Made by a program: the position numbers and the translations under genes. Of a stretch of DNA of 64,000 nucleotides, positions 13,052-26,818 are shown in pieces. The notes under the pieces are model-generated. The model had not been told where the DNA came from. It ran no database searches and saw only the letters and a list, made by a program, of their open reading frames with translations. Source of the DNA: Lingula anatina (Eukaryota; Animalia; Brachiopoda); NCBI GenBank assembly GCA_051362555.1, contig CM120645.1, positions 1,674,001 to 1,738,000 of the forward strand, written 5' to 3'. How positions within the stretch are numbered: position 1 is the first letter of the stretch; the number at the start of each line of letters is the position of its first letter.

Positions 13052-16000
13052 ACAGATAACTATCTGCCATGAATGCATCTTCTGTGTAACCTTTCTCTTG
13101 AATAACAAATAATTGCATCCGAAAGTATAATTAAGAAAACCTGTTTCAATTAAGATAGCAATTGGTAAGATACATAAATCTTTTAAATTTTTATTTATTT
13201 TTTTTTTTATTTATTTATATTAATCTGTTGAAAACTTCAATTATGTTTGGTACATTTTACTGATGAGAAGCAACCACAAAAGGTTGGAATTTTATTGTTT
13301 GGTATATTTATCTGATACATATTACATGTATCCTTTCACCTGTTGCAGTGGCCAGATCCTCAATCTTGTTGGAGAATTAATTAAAACCTGGAGATGGAGA
13401 GAGAGGGGAATGATTGCTGTGGAATTCTTGAGGATTCACAGAAGCACAGAGAAGAGTATTCGCTCCAGGACATCTGAGTTCTCAAGAGGCAAACAAGATA
13501 TTCTGAGAAATTCCAGGAATTCTGCGTAACTGAAAGTCCACATTTCCTTGAGAGGTACCGAAGCTGTTTTTTTCATGAAACAGTACATGTATTTATTATA
13601 GAGATAGAGATATTATGGGGATAAAACAGGTCAGGAAAGAATCAGCAGCCAGGAAAAATCATGGAAGTGGCCCTACACTGTTGACCATTACTGTATATAT
13701 AGTGTTCTCAGATTTTCAGAAATATCACAGAAGATCAGCCATATGTACTAAAAAATCTAAAGATAATCTTCCTTTCTAACAAATGACTGGCATGTAGCGT
13801 AAGACCTGCATTATCATTTTATTTTATCTCATCCTTTATATAATAAAGAATGAAAAAAAAAGAAGCATCCTTTTCAAATCTACACACAGAAAGATTTGTC
13901 AGTGAAAGGACTCCATCCATTCACAACAGCAACTGTAAGTGAAAATTATCTTCTTTTACTGCTTTGAAACTCTCAATATGTAGATAATATAAATAGCAAA
14001 CACCAAATACGAAGGAAATTATCAGTATCACACATGATATCAGACAACGACACCTCAAGAAGTAGGCGCTCCAAGTTCTTTGACCTGAACAAGAGGTGCT
14101 TCTTCACTTGAGAATTTCAAGTGTTTACATCTTGTTTTCTATTTCTGCCACGGCGATCTAACAAAAGCTTGTAAAAAATCTATTATGGACCACCAGGCAC
14201 GAGATATATACGTAGTTCACGAGGAGGCAGGCTGCAAGCTATAGCTCTTCTTCAGATGGCTCGCTAGGTGGGAGTTCTTTTGTGCCATTCACACTTCACA
14301 CTTCTAGAAGGATCTAACCTGGATCAGCCAGCCACCCATTTCCTGAAGCACACATTACGCTAATGACTCCATCTTTTCCATGGGCAAAAATTATCAGACT
14401 TGCAGATACCTCATTTTAAAACCATGAAAATTATAAAAATACAGCATTCAAAAAATTCACAATTTTCCCCCTTGAAAAGATTGGGTCATTACCATACTCT
14501 CTGTCATGGTGCCATGCTCTCATAAATATCTTAATTTAATTTTTTAAAACTTCAATTGAGGAAAGTCTTCTAGTCTTTTTGAGTTCAGGATAAAGTGCTG
14601 AAGATCACTAAAATAAAGCAACCATTGGTTGATATCATTTATTAATTTTCGTTTTGTAAAATCACCATGAGTTATTCAAGAAGACTGGTTTACTTTAAGG
14701 TTTTGATGAACATTCAATGGCCTGGAGTTTCTTCTCTTTTTTTTTCCAGCCAATTCTTTGTTTTAAACACACATTATTTCAGCAATCAAAACTGGAAATC
14801 ATAACTGTTTCTTAAAGATGGCTCTGTGAGAAAACTTTCAACTGGGGGGGGGGGGGGGGGGGGGGCAGTGATTGATAACACTGCTTAGATGAAAACTGTT
14901 CCCGGCAGCTCTTGGCCTCGGGTCAAAAGCCTGGTCCTAAATGATTTGAAAAAAGTAAATTGAACAGGAGCTTCTGTAATATCTATCCATTTTGAACACC
15001 TGGGTCTTAAGGCTATACATAACAGGCTTGGGACTCCAAGGATTGAAGGCCTGTAGCCAGCTTTTTTTAAAGGTGGAGAGGTATTTTGTGTGAAAAGAGT
15101 ACTAGTAGAGATTTTGCCATAGTGGCATACAAAATAGTTCAGATTTTGACTGAGGACAAATCTTTCCCAACCCAGCCACCACCCCCCACCCCCACCCCCA
15201 GGCCTCCTCCTCCTCTTCCTTCCCCACCCCCAGCCCCCCAACCCAGACTACAGTCCTGTGCTAACTTTTTTATTAGGTTTATTATGACCTTTCTAAAATT
15301 GGGTCCAAAATACCTCATAAACTTATCAAATGCATAAGGTAACTTTAATTAACATAAGGATACATTTCTAACAAGGTTAAAAACTGATACCAGGACTACA
15401 ACTAAAATTATTTTTAAACTCCCTTGAACAAAAACCCATGCACCCAAATACATGATTTTCATACCTGTTAACAACAAGGCAAAAGGACCACACAGCCGCA
15501 TCATTTAAACAGTCAACAGTGGATAACATCCTATCTCTGCTACCTACAGGTGCACTATGGTATTGATTAGCTCTAAATTCCTTATGTAATGATCATTTGG
15601 AGCGAGTGAAAATAAAACCACTTGTCTCCCATAATAATCACCCAACCCGGTGCATCCTGGGAATCTCTCTCTGAAATCTCACTACAACAGGGATTGTGCC
15701 TTGGGTTGGCTGCCAATATGAGCCTTTTTGTAAAAAAAACTGGCACCAAACAGCAGATTTTGTTTTCAATAAATTTCTTGTTTTATATCAGCATACACTG
15801 CTTTGCCCTTCCCTGAGAAATTTATTTACCAGCTGTTAAACTTCTAAAATTACATTTAAACATGTGCACATACTCAGATTAGAAATCCCTATAAAACAGT
15901 CTAGGAACTGCCAAAACTAATGTTCATATTTAGTACTACCACAATGAAAACATTCTGCAAACATGAATTTTTTACCTCAATTGCCCTTTCATCTTCATGA

Positions 16001-18464
16001 TTTTTCGTCTCACTCCTGTCAAGCTTTATTTGTCCTTTCTCATCTCAGCATAATCAAGCAATCACATTTTCTTACACAATGTTTATCACACCTATTTCTC
16101 CTTTGCTGTATCTTTCTGTCACCCTCTGTCTCTACCCCCCCCCAACCTCCCTGCCCCCCCCCCCCCCCCCGCCCCCCCCCCCCCTCCTCTACCACCACCA
16201 CACAAAACCCTCCTTTTTATCACAGTAATGTACTGGGAGACATAGATAACAGTAATGCACTAGTAACATCTCAGTCACTTAGACCCACTTCACTTTAATC
16301 AGCCTCTTATATAACATACTGCTCACCAGGGGCTTACCCAATAGGTATCTCTGTCTTATAACCGTGCCAATTCCACTAATCTGTTATCCTTGCACAGTAG
16401 TGGGTCCCATCCACATACAATATTGATCTAAATTCTGTCCGTTCACGGTTAATTCTGCTAATTGGTTTGACAACAGTTAAAGCAGGATACGGTGCTATCA
16501 CCCTTAAATGATGCATATTTGGGAAGAGAAAGATTCAAGGTTTTATGATTTTTCTCTCTCTGCCTGCTGTGACTGCCATAAATAGCCGAGTCCCAAAAAA
16601 GTTAGGTCCAAGAACTTTTTCCAATCTATAAATTTATGCATATTGAAGGGAAAACAGTATCAAGTCACAGAGTAGATTTTCAATAACAAGGCAGGACACA
16701 TAGTGCAAATAAAAATGATTATTTTTTTATAAAAATTTATAAATTCTGTGTAAATCATAGAAATACTAGTCTACTGTGCCCAAAGACTATCATGGAATAT
16801 AATAACAATTTCAATCTAATTTTTGAACACTCAGTATTAGTAGATTCACACAACAAGCGTCTTTGCATAGACACGTAATACTGCACTATTGCCAGCATAT
16901 TAGCCTTATATACAACATCCATCAACATATGCAAACTGTGCAACAGATAACTACACCTGTATCTACCTTCTTGCAACTTTTTTCTGCACCACTGCTGTTG
17001 AAGATGAAATCCAAATGGAATGGAAGTTTTCAGATACTATAATAATATCCCTTCCCTCAGACCTTCCTTTCTCTCTGTACACTTTCTCCTCACTGTTGCA
17101 ATTTGAGACGCAGATTTTTTGACGTCAGATACCCCGCTGAATCTAGAGCTCCCCGCAGTGGTTCACACTATAAAAAGGTCACCAGTTATACCCTTGCTGT
17201 AATTCTGCTGGCAGCTGAAAAATTGTAAATTGATTTCTCATCTAGGAAGTTTTGATATATAATATTAAAACATGCAGACAAAATGTCCTTCTTTCATCTG
17301 AGTGAAATGTTGATCTAGCCTCTGTTTTGATCCAACATTCATCACAACTTAAAGGGAAGTTTATATTTTGATGGTGTTATTTATACTCAAACAAAGCCTT
17401 TCAAGTCTAAATTCAACAGAAGAAAAACAAAATGAATAGTTTTTTTCTGTTAAACAAACTATCCTATCACATGATCTTATAGGTGGAATGGGTGGAAATA
17501 ATAGATTAAAAAAATTCAATGTTTGAATTAATCTTTCTAAAACTCTAGTTCTAACTTCAGCCTTTTTTTTCCTTTTTAGAAACTTAATCAGCAAACATTC
17601 ACACAAACATCTTTCTGTATCATAAAATAATTGGACATACAAAAATTGGATCAACCTTAACACCCTCACCAAATCAAAATAAAATGTGTTATTTCTTAAC
17701 AATCACAACACCACTTTCAAAGTATGTATTCAAATACCTCGGCAGATCAGGAAGGAAATGTCAGCTAATAAAAGCATATTAACTGATTCAGTTCTATCTC
17801 CTTTGGTTTATGATGCGAGACAAGCTGTTCTTAAATACCACAAATGCAGAAAATACCATCAAAGGTGTTTCCTCCAAATTGAAACAAATCTAATTCTGAT
17901 TAGCCTAATTTATATCCACAATAAAAAAGAAAAAAACTCAGATGCACTGCCATTTAAATGCCAAAATGCCAAGAAATAAAGGCCTTCAAACAAATAGAAA
18001 ACTTCTTTTTCATTAATTAATTTATATAACTAAGTCAATTAACTGGGGGATGAAATCAAAAAGTTCTTCCATGGGACAAAATGCTGCTGAAAAGACTTTT
18101 AAATATTTACATGATAACGTCAACACATGAATTCTCAAAAGAATTGATTGGTATAATCTAAAAACTTGTGCTTATGCCAAAATCATACTTGGCTTCCCAA
18201 ATAAGAATTATTCATAATAAATCAGCAAATAACTGCAAATGAAGCAAGAAGATAATGCTTGGAATCTGAAGCCTCCAGGAATTCAGCACTCACTAACCAG
18301 AGTCTATCTCACCTGTTCTTCACCAAAAAATAGTACCAGAACATTAATCATCTTGCAAACCAAGGATTCATTAACAGATTGGAGCTTTTTTCTACATAAA
18401 TGTGATCAGATGCCGTCATTTTCTGTAAAATCATTCATGGTTCTGAGAAGGATTTGTATTTAAT

Positions 18465-18606
18465 AATGTTTTAGTTACAGTCATCACTTATTTTTGAACA
18501 AAAATTCATGAAGCAGCTTCGTTCATGTTGCCATGGTGACAACAGCCAAATGCAGCGATTTCATAAATTTTTGTTCCAAAGTAAGTGATTATCACTAAAA
18601 CATAAG
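18465..18606. repeat. Small imperfect inverted repeat (probable old MITE)
   Basis: atcacttatttttgaacaaaaattcatgaa ... ttcataaatttttgttccaaagtaagtgat. Confidence 0.55.
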
Positions 18607-19435
18607 TAAATGCAGTCATTATAGCTAATTTCATACCTTTTCTATGGATTTTTTCATCCAGATGACTTCAAGTTCTATGCTGAATAAACTGAACACAACA
18701 GAAACAGCTCTGTGGCACTGACACAGACAACCAGTATAGTTATATACACAATCTATTTTTTTTTCACTTTAGAAAGTATACCTGTATGTTTGCATACAAA
18801 CAACATTTTGGGTGATTACTCTTCATCATATAAAAACATCACTCTGACTTATACAGTATATATCTATGTTACTTTACCACTTAATGATGAGTGCATGATT
18901 TTACAGCTATCCATCATCGCAATTACAAATACCTGGGATAAAAACTGCCATGATTCTCGGCTGCTATGACGTAAGCAAATAATGGTATTACCTCATTATT
19001 TTCAGATTTACTAGTTATCCATTTTTTCCTTCGAATTACACAGCCTTCATAAATGATAATTGCCATTTGCTAACATGAAGCTCAAATAAGCAAACACCTA
19101 ATCCGTTTATAGGTCCTGTTATAAAGTACTGTGGGCCTATCCATGTCCAACTCTACAGAAAATAAACTCATGTTCTACACCTTAATAAACGGAATGGAAG
19201 AATGTCATTATCTCCCTATGGGATTTACCTGAGGCTAGCTAATTAAGGATGATGCAATTTTATATCATCCACTTAGAACCCAAGACAATACATTACAGGA
19301 ATCTCTTCAAAGTCCCTTCCTAGTATTCTACCTTTCCTTAGAAATGTGCCTCTCAGCCAGGAGGCATCCTTATATTCTGAGGGTCCACAATTCCAAAAAC
19401 TAAAGGAGCCTTGATCAGAAATCAACTGCTATGCC

Positions 19436-19776
19436 GAGGGTATGGTATTCCCTGGGGTAAAGAGGGTATGGTATTCTCTGGGGTACAGAGGGTATGGTAT
19501 TCCCTGGGGTAAAGAGGATATGGTATTCCCTGAGGTAAAGAGGGTATGGTATTCCCTGGGGTAAAGAGGGTATGGTATTCCCTGGGGTAAAGAGGGTATG
19601 GTATTCCCTGGGGTAAAGAGGGTATGGTATTCTCTGGGGTAAAGAGGATATGGTATTCCCTGAGGTAAAGAGGGTATGGTATTCTCTGGAGTAAAGAGGG
19701 TATGGTATTCCCTGGGGTAAAGAGGGTATGGTATTCCCTGGGGTAAAGAGGGTATGGTATTCCCTGGGGTAAAGGG
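19436..19776. repeat. G-rich minisatellite, 26-bp unit x ~13
   Basis: Unit gagggtatggtattccctggggtaaa; explains the repetitive ORFs 19422..19821. Confidence 0.95.
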
Positions 19777-20903
19777 TTCATACTTCTGAATGTCCGCTTT
19801 TCCAAGGGTCATATATGGCAAAAAAGTTTACTGATGCAATAGCTGCACTTAAACAAATTGCATAAGTTGCATAATCAGGGCACTGATTTTTTTTTCCTTC
19901 TTCCTCCTGTTCTAAGTGACGTAGGGGTTCCTTTAAATCTCCTGCATCCATTAATACCAACACTAAGGGTGCCTTCACAATGAATCTATGGTACTAGCTG
20001 GTGCATTAATACCAACACTAAAATCCTCCGTGGTATGGCATCGAAGATGCGGTTGATGCTGTCCTCTGCGTCTTCCGGAAGACAGTCCAATTTTCCAGTT
20101 TGCATTGATGGGTATCTAATTTTTTCTGTCAAAAATGGAGGATGAATCAATAAAGATAATTCTGAAGACTGTCAGAAAATATCTCTAAATCCAGGCCTGA
20201 GAGGTCTCTGGGTCCCTGAGTAGTCCATAGCTGGCTTATTTCACATTTAGACATCTAACCATGACGACCAATTTGACCTGGTCAGCTAAAGTGGACGTCA
20301 CACCATCACTGAATATTACACAATAGGTGTATTATTTAGAACCTTCAGCTCTGTACTGTTATAAATATTGAAAGTATTGAACTGCACTTGCTACAGTTCT
20401 CCTGAACAATTGAACTGAACTAATACACAGTGCTCACATGGAAAAGACTATTTATTGAGAGGAACTGCATGTAAATTTCTTACATCTCATAACACTTGTA
20501 TAAGAAAGGACAATTACAGAATCTTGGTAGATGAGTATGAAAACGATGAACTTTCTCATTTATTAAGTGAACTGCAGATATTCTGTAAGTACATTAAATT
20601 GTATAATGTACCATTGTGACATATACCCCAAGACTTAAATGAGAGGCAAGAAAGAGAGGGTGAAGTCTTAAGGCAAAGGGTACAGACCCCCCAAAAAACA
20701 AACAATGTCTAGACTTGGGAGTATATGGAGTAGTTTGTGCAATCAAATGAAACATGCAAGCTCATAGCTGGGGGGGGGGGGGGGGTTCAAACAAACTGAT
20801 GGTAAAAATTCCGATCTGGGTAAAAAACTGATCTAGGTACACAAGAGTTTAATGGGAAAAGGTCCACTTTTTCAGAAAAAGAACCTCCCCCCCCCCCCTC
20901 ATA

Positions 20904-21129
20904 CACCCCATTTCCATAGATTTTTAGATCGATCTATCCCTGTAGGGTGTCTCACTAGATTACTGTCAGCTTGGCCGTCTTAAGCGTCTGTCCCACCTAC
21001 TAAAAGCTGTAAGGGGGTAATTAACTATGGTGCCCGCTCGGCTGACTGCAATTAAGCGTGAACCCCCAGGGAGTTAGGTCGATCTAAATCTTAATCTTTA
21101 GATCGATCTAAATCTCTGGGAAAGCACCC
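20904..21129. mobile_element. PIF/Harbinger-like MITE, family A copy 1
   Basis: CACCCCATTTCCATAGA...TCTCTGGGAAAGCACCC, ATA TSD, internal tagatcgatcta inverted motif; further copies at 29651, 31304 and 39041. Confidence 0.85.
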
Positions 21130-21918
21130 ATAGACAACAAATAATAATGCATTCCTCAACTCTTCATCATTATTCAATTTCTTGCCTATTTTTCTGATCA
21201 CTTCAAATAATTTGCAGAGAAATCATGTCAGAATTGTCACTAATTAATGAGCAGTGGTTCTGCCCAGCTTGAAAAAATGCAACACTTCATCTACCCCTGT
21301 AAAACAAATCATAAAAAGCACCCAGGACCTGTATTCTGACTTGATCCCTATATCATATATAGTATATATCCAATCCTGCCATATGCTACTGAAGAGATGG
21401 CATTGAGGAGGCATGCCAATGCATTCCCCAAATCTCACCTTTCTGATTTATTTTGCACCTGTCGTTGTACTCAGTCAGGCTGGTCTTAAGAGGTGTTCTC
21501 ACACTTTACACACATATTTGTTATCATAGACAACACAGACTCTTAGTGACATGTACAGAAGTAATGACAGCTAGTTTTAGTAGTTTAGTGTGCAAGACTC
21601 AGAGTGATGCCTTAGTTAGAACATATTGTATATTATCTCCTTTTTCGTGTCATTTATTTTTTCTCTCTCCATCCTCTCCCTTGCTTTAACTCCCATCCCT
21701 CTCTCTCTCTCTCTCTCTCTCTGTCAAGCTGCCCCTCCTCTCTCTCTGTCACCCTACCCTTCCTCTCTCTCTCTGTCACCCTACCCCTCCTCTCTCTCTC
21801 TCTCTCTCTCTAATTCACCCTAAAATACAATACAGCATGCACTAGACCATAAAGGCGGCGGTCTATAAATAGCCACAACTGAAATAACTGAGGCTGTGCT
21901 GTCTGATCTGTAAGTATT

Positions 21919-22457
21919 TACCATGGCCCATAGGAGCCTACGCGTGCGTCTTTTAGACGCCCCTTTACATACGAAAACGACAAGGCTTATGCCGAGTTCG
22001 TCTTTTACTACAGAGCTTTGAGAGCCGAAAATGACATGGCTGTGTCTCTTTCGCCACTTACTGAACTCCACAGATGCGAGATTGACACGACCCATGTTGC
22101 GTTCGTCTCTCAAATGACACTGTTATAAAATATGAAATAGGCATAACGTGTGATTTTCGCAGCTGAATAAGTAGACCCTTATAAACGAAGTTGACGTAAC
22201 TTGAGAGTCATGTCGCTTTCAACTCTTACAAACCTCCAACAAAATCTATCTCCACACAGACGCGCGCGACATGTACTATTGGACATGGGTCAGTTGAAAC
22301 CCTATTAGCCTAAAGGGCTCATGTTACTTTCAGCCAACTCTTATATGTCAAATCCAATTAATTTGAAACAGTGTTGTGCTGTCCCATAGGCCTTGTCGTT
22401 TTCGCATGTAAAGGGGCGTCTAAAAGACGCACGCGTAGGCTCCTATGGGCCATGGTA
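21919..22457. mobile_element. Non-autonomous DNA transposon, IS3EU-like termini
   Basis: ~68-bp TIR TACCATGGCCCATAGGAGCCTACGCGTGCGTCTTTTAGACGCCCC...; 6-bp TSD AGTATT (21913-21918, 22458-22463); TAY..RTA ends. Confidence 0.8.
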
Positions 22458-25400
22458 AGTATTATCTGCATGGTTTGATTGCTAGAATTCTGGTCTCTGC
22501 TTGTATCCAGTGGGATCATTTGTGATCTAATTATTAACAGCTATTCAGATCTCAATTTTCTCCTTGTACTTTAACAGTAATACAGGCTACATTCTCCTAC
22601 ACAGAGTATGTAGAGGGGGTTTGGGACATCACCTTTTGGAAGTAAGGAAATGACTGGATTCTGTAAATGGGGTAAATTGTGCATTTCACGGATTATAATT
22701 CATGGATTATAAGTATTGGAAACTTATTTCGTATGATGACTGTAGAACAAGTTGAATAGAAAAATAAAGCTGCTGTTTAAAACTTGAGATATATTTTGTA
22801 TGATGATTTTAGAAAAAATAAGAAAATAAAGCTACTATTTGAACTTGACATGTTTTTTGACGGTATAAATCACCCCAGTAAATTTGAGAATAGAAAGTCA
22901 CACTGTTATCCATTTATTACATTAACAGTAAAAAGTGCATGGCGACAACGGCAACAACAGCAGACAAAGGCAGTGTCTGTCCACAAAAAATAAAGAGTCA
23001 TTAGTTTCCTTTCCAGTCTTTACATAACTAAAATTGTTCTTCAATTCTTCCTCTCATCCCAGGCTTTCTATGATATCATAATAAATGATGACTTACAAGA
23101 AATCATCCATCACACAAGTCCTTGATGATCTGTCAAGAAATGATCAACCTATTTGATGAAAAAGAGAAATCCAGAAACGCCTACACATCATTATTGTCAG
23201 ACGAAATCGATGTTGTACTTCATGACTTTTGGAATTAAAAAAGAAACAATTAATTATCGAGTCCTTTTCTATATGTAAGAAATAATATTTCATGTTGCTA
23301 TTTAATCTTGTTAATATTCATTCTTTTTTTCTAATCACAAGCAAAATTTCTTAACATTGCAATATAATTTTTCAAATTCATCAACTAAAATTCTGTATTC
23401 AAAAAAATGTTACATTGCATTTTATTAAGTGAAAAATGACAATAAACAATTAACAACTTTTCGAACTGCCATAGAAAATGGTGAGAGAGCCCTAACAGTA
23501 TTACTGCAGCTAAACTGTTAGTAGTAGTAGTAGTAGTAGTAGTAGTTACTGTTGTAGTAGCATAGTAGAAGTACTTAAAAGCCTTAAGTTAGCAACCCTA
23601 CTTGTGAGTAAATAACATACATGAGATACAGACAGAACTTCGGTTATATAATTACTTCATCAAGTTTGTAATTTAATATAAATATGTATATAAATATATG
23701 ATATGTCAATTTGACTTTGATTACCACACACACAACAGCACTCCAACATACTGGTACCTGACAAACTGTATCTTAACCAAGTAATTAAACATTTATATAG
23801 AAATCATTGTAGATCCGACATGTTGTAAATGATGAAATACGAGACGCAGACAATATAATCTGATATGAATAAAGAAACTTCAGAATTGTCACAAGAAAAC
23901 CTACTAAATATTAACTAAACTGGATTTGAAATGACAGAAGAAAATGAAGGGACTTGAATGTAAAGCTTTCTGAAACAGGTGCCTTATACCTACAATTGTA
24001 GAAGTCTTTCATATTCATCCAAATAGTTGTCGGCAGCAACTCTTTCCTTCACATGAGCAGGTCTCGCTAACTTAATCATCAACAAAAATGTTACTTGTAA
24101 TATTTATTCTAAAATCCTAATAATACAAAAGACTATAACCAATACAAGTTATAGAAATTGATAAAAACACTTTGATATAATTTAAAAATCGCCTTATATA
24201 ATTAATGCCATTAAAACTCATTAAAATATTGTCCTACCAATATCCTGAGACCTGCTATTCACTTCCAGCAGAATCAAAATTGAGTATCAAATATTCCACG
24301 TGTACATCCCAATCAATCTTGGGTTTTTCAATTTTTACAAAATCATATATATAAATTTTAAGTAATTTTTGTTCTTAATCAGCTAAAAATCAGTCAAAAA
24401 TGGGGCTTTTATTGTTTCATTAAATGTGGCTTATAACCTTTTGTTCATGCCCCTTAACTGCATATAAAGATCTTTTAACACACATACACTGTATACAATT
24501 AATTCATTATTATCGACCCTTCTAGGGATTTATGCCTTTTATTCTCCATTTAAGTTACCACTGAGCCAATTCAATGAGGATTTGATCTTTGGATTTACCA
24601 TGTAAAACATGCAATTTTGCCATCATGTTTATTTTAAGTGTTCTCCGAATAAAGTGAACAAAAGGCTATGGTTTCTGCTAATTACTCTACCAAAGAAATG
24701 CATTGGGCAATTTCTGCATGGTGCTTGGGTTTGAATATATATAGGAAGATTCTTTCTCCAGTAACCTGATCTGCAGAGACATGTTATATGCCGGATTTAG
24801 TGTTTATGATATTAGCATGCTATTCTTCTCTCTCTCTCCACTTTTTCTGAAAAAGATTCTCCCTTTGGAATTAAATTTGAATATAAATACAGGACTTAAC
24901 TCAATTTTGTAAATTGATATCAATAATATTAGCAAGCTTTATAATGGCAGATGATGTAAATCACCAACAAGGCATACTATGAGGGACATATAAAAGTAAG
25001 CATATTAAACCTGAAAATATACTAAGGGCACATGTTTTCATATGTAGAAGTTTTGAAAAATCAAGAAACTGAAAACACTATTTTCTTGATTCATTTACGC
25101 TGCTAACTACGAACTTTATAATTTAATTTAAATTTCAATTGCCAAAGTCCAGCTGCAATCGAAATGTGTGAATCTGAGTCTAAATGTTAAAACGCTTCCG
25201 TTAAAATGTTGCTGAATGCACCTTCAGTTGAGTCTTACAAATCTTTGTTTTAAAAACCTTGATGAAACCAGTCCCTGTTTTACAGCACAAATCTGACAAC
25301 AGTTACTAGTACTTAAATACTAAGGGCTTCCTTGGTCTTAAACCCTCTCCCCCCCCCTCCCCCATATAGGCTCCCATAGATCAAACTTACAAATCACTCT

Positions 25401-26818
25401 CCAAATAAAAAAATATAATAATATGCAATCAATATGATAAATTTAGGTGCAAAAGTAACCCATTTTATATTATCAATATTCAAGATGCCAAAACCCCGCT
25501 AGTTATAATTAAGGAATATATTATCAATCAGACTCACACAGTCTATGACAGACAGTTGAGGAGAAACTAATGCAATTTAACATACTGTCTACCCTATCTT
25601 ATAAAAAGAATCTCCATGTTGAATTTGTAACGTGAGATAGAACACTGCGTCAATTCTTTGTATAACATTTGTACGGCTCATTAACTGCCTAAAGGTGTTT
25701 GAAGTGGGAGTATAAGTTACTCTGTTTTTTGGATTTAAGCCCTTGTAGATCTTAAGAGTGTATTTACAGAAATGAGTTTGCCAAAAAATAACCATAACAA
25801 AATCAGCTGCAACATAAACTCAGCTTAGCACATCTGAAGAGAAATCTCCATCTAAATGTTATTTTTCACAAAAAAAAATTACATTCCTCAGCCATAGCTG
25901 AATTTTAATCAAGCGTACATTAATTTTTACAGTTGAAGCATTTTAAGCCAGGATTTTCCTACCAAAAACTCATAATGAACCATTTTTCCTGGAGTTCACG
26001 CCGTTTTTAAGTGTCTAACCAACCTGTAATCTTGCTTTTCTGACACTGGCCATAACTCTGTAACAAATTTGGAAAAAGCAGGAGACGCCATTTATTCTAC
26101 GACTTGACTTCTGAATATTGCAAGACTCTCATGTCGTAACAGGCTAGTAATTAGTGCATGCTGCCAGTGAACCTATGGTTATTTCCAAACAGTGTCAAGA
26201 CGGCCGATTACGGATATTTGGTCAGAGGACAGTGAATATGATTCATTTGCGATATTGATTAAGGCCTTGATCTTATGTATATAATATGTTTTAGCAGTTT
26301 TATTTGTCCTCAGATAAGTTCAACAAGAAGCGATTCATTCACTTATAATGCATTCAAAATCCTGGCTTGGGTTGCTTTCAGTCAACCATGAATATGAAGC
26401 CAGGCCTTAGAATACACCCATATATGAATAACATAATCCTAAACCTCAATGCAACTGTTGACCACCCTCTCCCCCCCCCCCCCCCCCCCCCCCCCCGCCT
26501 CCCCTTTTCTCACTACCAGAGGACAATAAAGTGAGTGATGATGTCATTTTTGTGCAAAAAATTCTCAATGCACAGAAAGTAAATGGATGGTGAATAGCAA
26601 TGGCCAATGAATTATCTCTGACTTAATCCTGTCTGTGACCCTAGTAGAGGGTACCCCCTCCCCCCCACCCCCCAAAAATGGACCTGAAGTAATGCTATCC
26701 ATAGGTAGCAAGTGTTTCATATCATAGTCTGCTTGCAAATCACACTTATTACACAACTTCATGTCATTAAAATAATATTTAATTCATTCCCAACAGCAAT
26801 CCCTTGAATGTTACTTGT

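Noticed and set aside
15047-15258. Possible hAT-like MITE (aggcctgtagccag...ctacagtcctg)
   Set aside because: Termini degenerate and no TSD found; too weak to list as a feature.
19436-19776. CRISPR-like array
   Set aside because: Head-to-tail repeats with no unique spacers, no cas genes, eukaryotic context.
19422-19821. Repetitive ORFs (PQGIPYPLYPREYHTLF...)
   Set aside because: Translation of a 26-bp minisatellite cycling through frames; no splice or gene context.
5620-21500. Candidate minus-strand exons (~5620-5708, 6875-6953, 9252-9311, 17063-17214, 21440-21490)
   Set aside because: Plausible AG/GT signals, but they cannot be chained into a recognisable protein; some have stops in all frames. 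They may be UTR or alternative exons but are unsupported.
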